Assembly: GCA_035084275.1 (NCBI GenBank)
Contig: CM068747.1
Span: 23,188,001 to 23,252,000 of the forward strand
From: Hydrolagus colliei
Lineage: Eukaryota
Reading direction: 5' to 3'
Length of the DNA: 64,000 bases
The position numbers were made by a program, and so were the translations under genes. Positions 13,301 to 24,000 of the stretch are shown here, in pieces; the stretch's first letter is position 1, and each line of letters begins with the position of its first letter. The notes below the pieces were generated by a model that saw only the letters and a list, made by a program, of their open reading frames with translations, made no database searches and was not told the DNA's origin.

Positions 13301-14688
13301 CCTCTAATTGAATTATTAATGCTATTTCATGAGTGATTTATTGAAGGATATTAAGGTATCACCAAAGCAGTCAGAAATCTTTGCCCCTGTATGAGAAATT
13401 AATACAGAACAGTCTTACAAAGACATAGCTACATTGGGCTGCATATTGGAGTGAAGAAGTCCCAAGTACATGGAAAGTACTCATTTTAGTACCAATTTGA
13501 TTGCTATTATTTTTGTGCAGGTTTATAGTCAATTTAATTATGCTACAGTCATGAATCTCTGAGAACATTTCTTTGTGAAATGAATTAATGGAGGAGGTAA
13601 TTGTATCATCAGGATTGTCGCTCTATTCACGTCAACAGTCACCAACAGCAGGCGCACACGCAAAGATGCCCTAGAGGATCACATTGCTCATTTCTCGTGA
13701 GCTCTGCAACCGGGCACCATATGGATGTATTAATAGTCGGAACTATATGCCGTTCCTATTTAGTATTCGCTGCCTATTGCATATATTTTATGCGGCTTAT
13801 GCATGCAACTCGTAGTTATTTGGTAAAAAAAAAACACTTATTGGGAAGTGACTTGCTGAAATTGTTCTGTTTGAAAACAAAGTCAATTCCAACACCGTAG
13901 AAGATTAAATGAATCACAAAATGATTGTGTAGAAGTGTATTGAATGGATCATGATAATTAAAACACACTGCATCTCTGTCAAGGGAAAAAAAAGAAACCA
14001 ACAACTTTGCTGTTCGCCGAGTGTGTTTTCACCATCGATTTCCCTATATAGTCTTGAGATATGGGCAAAGCCTGGTATTTGGAGTTGACGAACAAATCAG
14101 CCATGATCTAATAGAATGGCAGAACAGACTCAAGATATGAACGGCCTTCTTCTGTTCCTATATTCCTGTAGATAGAAGGCTTGAAAAATTAAAATTAAAA
14201 TCTAATTAAATAAAGAAATCTAAATTTAAAAAATGTAATTAAACAAACTCTCAGTTAGCTACCAATAGTATTAAAATTCCTTCAGAACCATCCCTGGAAT
14301 TAGCATTTTAACTCTCTACCAGCACAATCCTTTCAGTACAAGATATAGGCTATTGATAAACAGTGGATTGTATTGTGGTAAGTGTATTGCTAAATTGATC
14401 AAACTGGCAACTTTTTCCTCGGTTCTTCTTTATCTGAAACATTCAATTTTCTTTCCGTTATAGGAAACCCATCTGTGAAAATTAATCAGGAGTAATTTGC
14501 ATGGCCTTGTTTATTACAGTGGATGATTCTCTGCACGCTCTCTGTCTTTCTAATAAAGCATTTTATTCAAAAGAAGATCCTTGTTCGAGAAACTTTATTT
14601 CTAAAAATAACTCTCACTGCTAACCTCATTCCAGCATAATTACCCACAAAATGTATTTTTTTAAAAGAACAATGTCATTTATTTCTAG

Positions 14689-14843
14689 TACAAGACAAGG
14701 TGCCTGACTTTGAAAAGAGATTTGCTGATTGTGTTTTGATGCAAGGGGATGATCTGATACTCCAGTGTATTATATCAGGACAACCCAAGCCAAGTGTGAT
14801 GTGGTTTAAAGATTCCACAGTGCTGTCACCCAGAGATTCCAAT
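14689..14843 (+). CDS. Orphan Ig I-set domain, N-terminal half exon (between CCDC141 and TTN)
   Basis: atttctag| phase-1 acceptor and AAT|gtgaga donor; VQDKVPDFEKRFADCVLMQGDDLILQCIISGQPKPSVMWFKD has the P-F, C..SG.P.P.V.WFK I-set signature. Confidence 0.8.
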
Positions 14844-14965
14844 GTGAGAATCACTTCCTTATATTTTTTGCTCCATTTGCACACTCATTTCGTTAGATAA
14901 TTCAGGTGTAATCTGTTTAGTCCTGCAGCCATTACTGAACGAGTGCAATGTGTTGTTTTGTTCAG

Positions 14966-15095
14966 GTAACAAGTTCAGGTGAAACGCATGTATTCAGGAA
15001 AAGAAACGTTGGCTCAGCTGATAGCGGCTTGTATCGTTGTATTGCCATAAACACAGAAGGTGAAGTGTGCTGCTCTGCTTCAGTAGTTGTTACAG
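14966..15095 (+). CDS. Orphan Ig I-set domain, C-terminal half exon
   Basis: ttttgttcag| phase-0 acceptor; VTSSGETHVFRKRNVGSADSGLYRCIAINTEGEVCCSASVVVT has the DSG.Y.C.A.N..G motif; ACAG|gtaatt phase-1 donor. Confidence 0.8.
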
Positions 15096-15649
15096 GTAAT
15101 TATGGAATGATTTAATACAATTTAAAAATGTTTGGATATTTCCTGCATTATGTACCACAGTGCTTATCATTAATCCAGTGATGATAACCAGATGACAATT
15201 ATGGATTCAAGATAAAATGCTAACATTCAGGTTTGCACAGAACTAGGAGGATGCTCATTTCTCAGACAGAAGGGTTGAAGATCAGATTGCGATTCAGTGA
15301 CAGTCTCTGGTGACTGGAGCGCTAAAGGTCGAAGCTAATCGTATTATTTCCAAGTAATCGACTGACAAACGTTCTCAATAAACTTACAACACAGAAATTC
15401 TTCAAGCCAAGCTGCTGAATGTGAATGTGTAGCAACTACATGAAGAAGCCTGGGGGAGAAAAAAAACTTCAGCTGAGAACATCAGCCATTATCAGCTCAA
15501 AAATAAACTGAATAATGCCACCTATTCCGGTTATGGTAATCATGGAATTAAATCAATTATAGCAGACAAGGGGGGCCTTTGCACTCTTCAAGACTATCTC
15601 TTCAAGATTGTGTAAGGCTCATCGATTGGGAGCTATCTAAACTAATACA

Positions 15650-16222
15650 ACAACAACATACACTTATATAGTGCCAACCGCACGGGTAGCGTCTCAGAGC
15701 ACTTAACAGTAATGGAGCCTGACTCCGAGTGGGTGGGGTAGGTGACCATAAGCATGGTCGAAAAGGAAGGTTTTCAGGAGGAATATGAAAAAGGGGAGAG
15801 AGGAGAAAAAGCGGCAGGATTGAGGTAGAGTGTTCCAGAGCTTTGGGGTGTAGTGGTTGGAAGCGCGACATCCAATTTTAAGCCCCCTCCCTGCTCTTTC
15901 TCTGCATTGTTATGTATTCTACATCTTCAAATCCTTATCCAATTCCCTTTTTCCACGATTATTATCCCCACCCTCTGGAACTCCATCCCACAGTCCCTTT
16001 GCCTCGCTTCCTCCCTTGTCTGCTTCAAGGCCGGTTTCAAGACCCTCCTCTTTGATCGTGCCTTCTGCTGCCCTCCCACTCTATCCCTCCCCATCTAACT
16101 CTCTCCCTCCCGTTCCCACTACCCTGTCCCTCCGCTTGCTTGGGTCCCGATCTGACTGTTCAGCACCTTGGGACGTTGTTCTGACATGAAAGGTGCTCTA
16201 GAAATATAATTTTGTTGTTGTA
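15650..16222. mobile_element. Back-to-back L2 3' end fragments
   Basis: A minus copy starting with (CAA)n, then a plus copy LWNSIPQSL...FKAGFKTLLF ending in (TTG)n. Confidence 0.65.
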
Positions 16223-17020
16223 TTATAAAGACAATCCCCCAAACATTCCAGAAAACAGAATCCAAATAGTGTATAATGAATACCTTAGAATTGGATTTGA
16301 TTTCCGACTGATTGTTACATCTACACTAATCTCTCTTCCACATTCATGACATCTAAAAAACATTAATTAGATGAGTCTCCTAATGATTTGACTGCCTCCC
16401 TATTGTTCTCTTGAGAAATGCAAGCAGAAAAGGTAGGCATTTTTCAAGTTGAAAAATGTAGGCGTGTATGAGTTTACACCGTTCAACCTTATCGTTGATT
16501 TGCAAGTGCTAAGCAATGTTTATTTCATTAGTTTGTCACCCTTAATATCATATAGCATCATCAGTACAGACATATATTGTCATAGTTAATACTTAGGTTT
16601 GTGTTAATATTTAAGTGGCAGTTTATGATGAATGATGCTGTAAAAATCCAATTTTCTCACAGAAAGCAGTAAAACAGTCTGCGAGCTTTCATGATGGGTA
16701 TAAAACACTTAACCTCTAATTCTATATTTTAAACCATTTACTTCAATCAAACTTCTCCTTGTTGAGGGCAAAGGGTATTTGACTTGTCATTTGAAATCAT
16801 ATCCTATAAGATAGGTTTGACACTAATATTTAATCATATTACCAACTAGACCATCAATGCAAAAACAACTACAGTATTATAATGGCTATTTTGTCTAAAT
16901 CCACAGAATTTAAAAAGATCCATATAAAACCAGTACAGCGTGAAAAATGCCTAATTGATGAATTTATACGCAATTTGGGGAAACATTTCTAATTCCACTT
17001 GATCTCAATTGCCATTTCAG

Positions 17021-17183
17021 AAAACACTAAAGGACAACTATGCACTTTTATCAAGGACACTGCTGAAAAAGGTCGTAAACATATGACAATGACAGTAACA
17101 ACTGAATCGGCTGCAAATCTGAAATGCCTTGCAGCAAGTTATATAAAAGGCCAAAGATCAGAGATTGGACAAGTTCAGTTGGG
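17021..17183 (+). CDS. Candidate linker exon (phase 1 to phase 2)
   Basis: gccatttcag| acceptor; stop-free ENTKGQLCTFIKD...EIGQVQL; GGG|gtaggt donor; phases bridge the orphan Ig to TTN exon 2; no recognisable domain. Confidence 0.4.
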
Positions 17184-18594
17184 GTAGGTTATTCAACGTC
17201 TATTTATGTGGCAGCTGATGCCTTTCAGTTTGTGTCACCATGGCACACATAGGACAATCCTTCAAAATGCACATAACCCTTTCATATCAGATTAAATGCA
17301 AAGATACTATAACAAAGTGAAGCAACACTGCATTGGAGTGTCAGTCAAGACTGTGCGCTACCAACTGAGCCATGCTGATCCCTTTACAGTATATACATAC
17401 GTTTCTCTCCTCTTTGACTATGCCTTCGGCCACGCTCCGACACTGCAGGCACTCCACTCTCCCTGATCCCAATCTCCCCCCATTCGGGTCCAAATTCCTG
17501 ACTGTCCAGTGCATTGTGACATCCTCCCGATGTGAAAGTTCTTATACAAATGTTATTTTGTATTGTGTGTGGGTGTATATATACATATATATATATGTAT
17601 ATACACAGTTCACTTTACAATATGTTTTGTGGAGCTCTTTGAGAGGTCTCAACATTGTGAAAAATTGGAGGGATTAGGCAAGGGTTGTTAGTACATGTAG
17701 TTTGAAATTGAAAATCTGAAATGTGAGGCGTTGAAGTATTCATTGTGGAACTACAGAGCACCCTGATGGGTTTACCTACATAAAATTCCTCATCTTAATT
17801 TTGCCTGGTAAAATCATCAACATCTCAGCTTTCGATTTGGTGTTAATAGATTTCGATTTGTTAGCAGAATTGTATTTTTATTGTAATGCAACATATAGTA
17901 ATTTTTTTTACTAATTTGATTAAGATGTAGCTTGCAGAAGTATAATAAACAGTTTCTCATGAATAGTTTCTACTAATAAGTTGAAAGTAGTGTAGTTTTA
18001 TATCTCATTATATTTTAACAAGTTAACCTTCAAATCAACCAAAGCAATTGGCCCCTCATTACGTTTCAGTCCACTTTTACAATGAGATAGAATTACACAT
18101 CATTATATCTTATGCCCCTTTGAATATGTTGAGCGTCTTTGACTACTTACAAATACAAAAAGAAACAATTGTGGAATCCCCCACAAAAAATATTTCTGTA
18201 GTTTGGAGTTTCTCTATATTTGGAAACATTTGAATTAGATTTGCTCTTTTGTAAATAGAAGAGTTTTGCGTTTGGTTTGGTGATTGGCACATACAGTTGC
18301 TGGTGTCCATGTGTCAGAGGAGCAAAATGGTCTTGAAATTGATTGACAGCGACAGATAGGACTTGTGCATTCAAATGCGCCCTGTTGCTAAGGGCTTCAT
18401 TCTTTCCTTATCAGTTTTGGTGATAACAAGAATATAGTAAGAATACAGTAAGAACCGACCAAGGAAAGGGTCTCAGATACATAGTCTGTTGTTACTTGAA
18501 CTGAACTTAGTCATCGTGAGCAAGGTGATGGAATAGAACTAACCCTCAGAACTTAATGCGACAAAATTAGCACTGTCTGCATAAAAGTGAAGTG

Positions 18595-18740
18595 ACTGAC
18601 AGCTGTTGGGTTCCATATAACGGATCCCTTTCCCATGAAGCCTTCACGGAGTACCCAATCAGAGGTCTTGGGGTAATCATGCTGCATAATTATCAGTAGA
18701 GCTGTGGTATAAAAGGTAAAACGACCATGTTAGCAATTCT
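18595..18740 (+). promoter_or_regulatory. TTN: Titin core promoter
   Basis: TATAAAA at 18708-18714 about 27 nt before the conserved exon 1 start; E-box CAGCTG at 18600-18605. Confidence 0.75.
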
Positions 18741-18957
18741 GAGCGGTTCAGGCACTCCCAGCCTTGCCTCGGGTGTAGGGATTGCATAGGAAAATTAAAA
18801 CTACACCCAGACCACAGCCTGCGTGTAGTTTTGTTTCCTTTTAGTAAGAAGTATACCCATTCTCTCGGTGGATTGTTGAAAAATATCTGGATAAGGAGGC
18901 AGTTTCCAAACCTATATTCCATAGGGCTTGGCCCATTTACTTAGGCACTCTTGAAAG
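18741..18957 (+). other. TTN: TTN exon 1 (non-coding 5'UTR)
   Basis: CCCAGCCTTGCCTCGGGTGTAGGGATTGCATAG...AAAACTACAC...GTGTAGTTTTG...TTAGGCACTCTTGA closely resembles the mammalian TTN 5'UTR as recalled; AAG|gtcagt donor; start position approximate. Confidence 0.85.
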
Positions 18958-19049
18958 GTCAGTAAATTTCTGTTTCTTACAAAGTGGCGTTTTGTTCCTC
19001 TTGGTTCTTTGTTTAATTGAAGTTTTTTTTTAAGACAAGTTTTTAAGTT

Positions 19050-19580
19050 GTATCATATTCCCTCAAGTATAAGTGCCTCGGGAGCAGGAAAAGTGAATTT
19101 GAAATATACATTTTTAAACTTTGATCACTTAATTCACACGTTAGTCGGTCTTTTGTGTATGAAATTCATCATTGGACAACGATCAGTGTTGAAATATTTG
19201 GAAACAAACTCTGTTTGGGAAAATAGCTAGAAAATAGCTGTTTAATTAAATGAGGGAAGCCTAAAAGACAACTGTAACTTTTAAAATTTTCAAGGTTAGG
19301 CTATGGATGGATGAATTGAGGACTGCTAAAAATAGTGCTGATGATATGCATGTGGCATCAGTCAGGCAGTGATGACTTTTTAAGGGAATCAGTGTATGAG
19401 CTATTATTTGTACCACCAGCTATGTGGCACTTGTCCTCTGTCAATCATTGACATTTGGCTAAATTTAAACCCCAGCTCTTCAACCCCAAACCAGCTGATC
19501 ATCGCTTATACAGACACCATGGTTCAGATTTAGAAAATGTTGCAAGCTCACTTACATTCCAATAAAGAACTACAAGTGGT
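19050..19580. promoter_or_regulatory. Putative muscle enhancer in TTN intron 1
   Basis: Perfect MEF2 site CTAAAAATAG 19326-19335; MEF2-like CTAAATTTAA 19459-19468; NKX2/E-box CACTTG 19428-19433 and CAAGTG 19573-19578; E-box CAGCTG 19492-19497. Confidence 0.55.
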
Positions 19581-20339
19581 GCAACATAAAGTTGTTTGTC
19601 AAAGTTACTGGATTGTTGGCATTGTATATATATATATATAATACCAATATATATATATTGGTATTTCATTGAACATAATATTTGCTATATCCTTTTTTTA
19701 ATTGTGCAATTTAATTTAAATAAATGATTTATTTCTGATTTGATTTGAAAGATATTTTTCTGTTTCTTTCCTGAAAATACATTGATCAGAAAAATATCAA
19801 GCACTTATTAACACCTTTGCCTGCATTTGGACAACAAATATGATCTGTGATCATAGCAGGGCCAATCTGAAGTCATAATAATCATTGCATTGGATATAAA
19901 ACCTTTATCATGTTATTGAGACAGGTCAAAGCGCCTCACAGGATATGCTGTAAAGTTGTGTAACTGTGTGTATTTTGTAGGCAAAGTAGAAATGTTACGT
20001 ATCACAAGTTTGTTTTATCTCTTTTTATAACGTCCAAAGCTTTTCAGTATCACCTGTTTTAATAGAACTGTGTCACAAACAGCTCGAATTACGTCCCATA
20101 AGTATCTATGGGGTTTATCCACACGCTAATGACTCACACCACAACTCCATCTCACATTACATAGCTCTGTCATAAGATAAAGAATAAAAGAAGAACATAA
20201 CACATGGAAATATCAAGATTAAATCTTCTTCAATATGAGGGCGAACTGCACACAATTTTAATGTTTCCTCACTAGAAACAGCTCAAAGGGGAAGAACTAT
20301 TTTAAATCATTGCCGCTAGTCAGCCAAATGCTGTGATTT

Positions 20340-20820
20340 ATGTTGCTCGCATATTTACCCAGACCAGACTGTTTACCCCCATCTCACCAGTTTTGCCCGG
20401 GCTCCACTGGCTCCCCATCATCGAACAAATTGACTAAGATCCTCACACTCGTGTTCAAATACATTCACTACCTGGCACCTCCCTACCTGTATGACCTCCT
20501 CATTTCCCAATCCACCACCCGATGCCTCCGCTCAACTGGGACCAGTCTCCTACTTGTCCCTCGCACATTGCACTCCACCAATGGAGGTCGCGCTTTCAGC
20601 CAATATGCCCCCCAAACTGTGGAACACTCTCCCTCAATCCCACCGCCTTGCCTTCTCTCTCGCCTTTTTCAAGTCCTGCCTGTAAACCTTAGTTTTCAAA
20701 CACGCTTATGGTCACATTCATCTGCCTCCCCACCGGCTCACAATCAGGCTCCCTAACTTTTAAGTGCTGTGAGACGATACCTTGCGCGGAGGATGCTATA
20801 TAAGTGCAAGTTGTTGTTGT
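20340..20820 (+). mobile_element. L2 LINE 3' end
   Basis: KILTLVFKYIHYLAPPYL...RCLRS...GGRAFS...PKLWNTLP plus a GCTATATAAGTGCAAGTTGTTGTTG tail. Confidence 0.85.
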
Positions 20821-20990
20821 ATAAGGCACTTTTGTGAAGTTAACTACACTGGTATAAGAATCTTATTCATTTTATTCTTTTAGACAATTATTCTACACAA
20901 AACTCGCATGTATAGACAATACGTTTCACTAGTAGAAGTTCTTTGTAGTTAACCGACGAATTTCTGTTGTGTCTTAGAGTGCCTACCAAA

Positions 20991-21081
20991 ATGGCCACAC
21001 AAGCTCCGACTTTCATACAACCGCTTCAAAGCGTTGTGGCACTAGAGGGTAGTGCCGCAACCTTTGAAGCGCATGTTGCCG
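20991..21081 (+). CDS. TTN: TTN exon 2 coding part (Z1 N-half; exon starts at 20978)
   Basis: gtcttag|AGTGCCTACCAAAATG; 91 coding nt; GCCG|gtaagt. Confidence 0.95.
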
Positions 21082-24000
21082 GTAAGTTATCAAATAACAT
21101 TTGTTGCATTTGATTCTTAACTGTTAAATAATAATCCTGTAGATCCGGTGTGAAATAAATAGCTTGTCGAAGGCTACAAAAATGTTTAATCTTACAGATT
21201 ACATCCATTTGTCTGTCTGCCTGCCTCTACATCTATCTCTATCTCTAATCGATTTGTCTCTTTATTGTCTATAACTTGATTTTCGCAAGTAATCCGATCA
21301 CATTTATTCACATTCGGATCTATTTGCGTAGTTGTGGTGTGTGTGTGTGTGAGAGTGTGTGCGTAAGATGCTCCTGGTATATTTGCTGGGATTGTGTAGT
21401 TGACATCGCTGTTGCCTGACTGTCTGCAGGTCAGCCGGTTCCAGAGGTGAGTTGGTTCAGAGACGGCCAGGTCCTGTCCGCAGCCACCCTGCCAGGCGCC
21501 CAGATCTCCTTCAGCAGCGGCCGCGCAATGCTGACGATTTCTGGATTGAAGCCTGTGCACAGCGGCAGATTCTCTGTGCGAGCCACCAATGGATCAGGTC
21601 AAGCAACAAGTACAGCAGAGCTGCTGGTCACAGGTAACAACAGCATGGCTCCTGAGATACTCTCCGGGGTCTGTGTGTCTGTGTGTGTATGTGTGTGTGG
21701 AGGGGAGTCAGGGTGGAGTTAAAGAGGTCTGGGAGGAAGGATTGTTAGTCAAAACATTTGGGAGCTTCAGTGAAAGAGTTTTACATAGATAAATAGGCAT
21801 ACAAACAGGGGTGGGCTATTCAGCCACTCAAGCCTGCTGCTCCGCCATTTTATAAGATCATGGCTGATCTGTACATCAAGTCCAGTCACCTTCCCTTGCA
21901 CCGTAACACTAAATACCCTGACCTAACAAATATCTATCCCCCTCCATCTTGAAAATGTGAATGGATCCAACATCCACAGCCATTTGGGGGAGAGAGAATT
22001 GTAGATTTGCACTACCCTTTGACTAACTAAGTTTTGACTAACTTTACCAGATGTACTCACCATAACCAGGCTGCTTACTATGGGCTTTGATGCCAGTTAT
22101 ACAGTATTTGGAGTCTCACTGACTCGTTGCTTATTTTCTCAGTTTGAACTTACAAAGGAATAAGGTCAGCAAATGGGCTGAGAATTTTTTGACCAGTTGA
22201 GGTCACCTGTGAGTTAGCATTACTGTATAATAAATTTCAATACCGAAATAAGAAAGAAAGTAGGAAAGAAAACTGTCCACATTTCACACAAGTTAACCAC
22301 ATTAACTGTCACACACGGGTTGGCCTGAACTGCCTGTTTTATGAACAGATAAACAGAGGATTAAATGCAAGATATTGTAGTTATGAATACAATAAACATT
22401 GCACCAAAACCTTTTTTTTTGCTTTCCTCCTGCAGCGGAAACTGCACCTCCAAACTTTACACTAAGACTACAAAGTATGACAGTAAAACAAGGATCCAAA
22501 GTGAGACTGGATGTACGAGTCACTGGAATCCCTACACCTGTGGTTAAGTTTTACAGGGAAGGAGCAGAAATCCAGAGTTCACCAGACTTCCAAATTGCCC
22601 AAGACGCTGACCTATACAGCTTAATTATAGCCGAAATTTACCGTGAAGATTCTGGAACCTTCTCTGTAACAGCCACAAATAACGTTGGACGCGCCACTTC
22701 CACGGCAGAGCTACTCGTCCAAGGTGAGTTCCGTTTATAATAATAATCCTTACATTTATATAGCGCTTTCCACATCTTATCGACTTCTCAAAGCGCTTCA
22801 CAGAATACAACAATGTCCCAAGGTTGGGACCAGAGCAGGTGGGGAGGGAGTAGAAATGAGGGAAGAAAAAAGGGAAAAGAGGTAGGGACCAGAGCAGGGG
22901 GGGAGGGGTAGTAGTTGGGGGAAGGAAAGTAGAAAAATTGACTATATTTGTGGGAGAAACGTGGCAGCCAAATTGCACACAACAGTCGTGGAAGTGGGGT
23001 TTGGGAAAAAAGGGGGAAAAGAGGGTAATGGGAGGGGCCGGGGTAGGGGGAAGGAGAGCAGAAAAACCGACTGTATATTTGTTTGCGTTGCTTTGAGTCG
23101 GTCACAGCAATATCGTGTCATGGTTCAAAACCTCTCCCAACTCATCCTGTGTTGCATTTGTTTCTAAGCAGCCGATGATGAAATTGTACCCGCCAAAAAG
23201 ACAAAGACAATCGTATCTACTGCTCACATTTCCGAGGCGAGACAATCCCGAATTGAAAAGGTACGTTACCTTCCGGTATTCCTCACGGGAATGAATAATG
23301 CGACTGTTCCACTTTGTTCTAATTTGAATGGAGAGGGTGACTCCATTTTGTTTTAACCATTCCATTGTATTTCAGAAAATGGAAGCTCGCTATGAAGAAA
23401 AATCTTCTGGTACAGTTGAAATGATGGTTGAGGGCAAGTTGATGGTGCAACATTTGCACCATAAGACCCCTCCACGTGTCCCACCAAAGCCCACGTCCCT
23501 GTCCCCCACACCCACAGTTGGCAAAGTGCAAGCCACCCGCCAGCAATCTCCATCGCCGGTTCGCCATGTCAGAGCACCAGGACCTTCACCGGTTCGGTAA
23601 GGAATTGCAAATAAATGATCCTTGCAGTTGATATAGCACTGTATCATAATAATAATCCCTGCATTTGATAAGAGTGCCTTAACAGGCCTTGGACAAGGCT
23701 CAAAGCCCTTCTCAGAATATACTGTAAAGTGAATTGACTCTATGGTTTGTGGACAAAAGACGGCTGCTAATTGCAAGTGTCTTTGAGACCTCTCAAAGGC
23801 TTCACATGATATACTGTCATGTGTAGGGATTGGGTATTTATCAGAAGACCAAGGCAGCCAATTTGAGTACAATAATGTCCCAGAAACTGCTAAAGAGTGA
23901 ATAATTAATTTGATCTGAGAATGTGTTAGCTGGGAAACTGGGAGAAACTCCCTTCAAATACTGCCATGGGGTCTTTAACGTCCACCTGAACAGGCAAGTG

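Noticed and set aside
18613-18623. CArG-like CCATATAACGG in the titin promoter
   Set aside because: Does not fit CC(A/T)6GG exactly, so an SRF site cannot be supported from sequence alone
15095-20978. Direct splice from the orphan Ig to titin exon 2
   Set aside because: A phase-1 donor onto the 20978 acceptor is out of frame with the ATG; it needs the phase-converting linker exon or entry at exon 3 or 4
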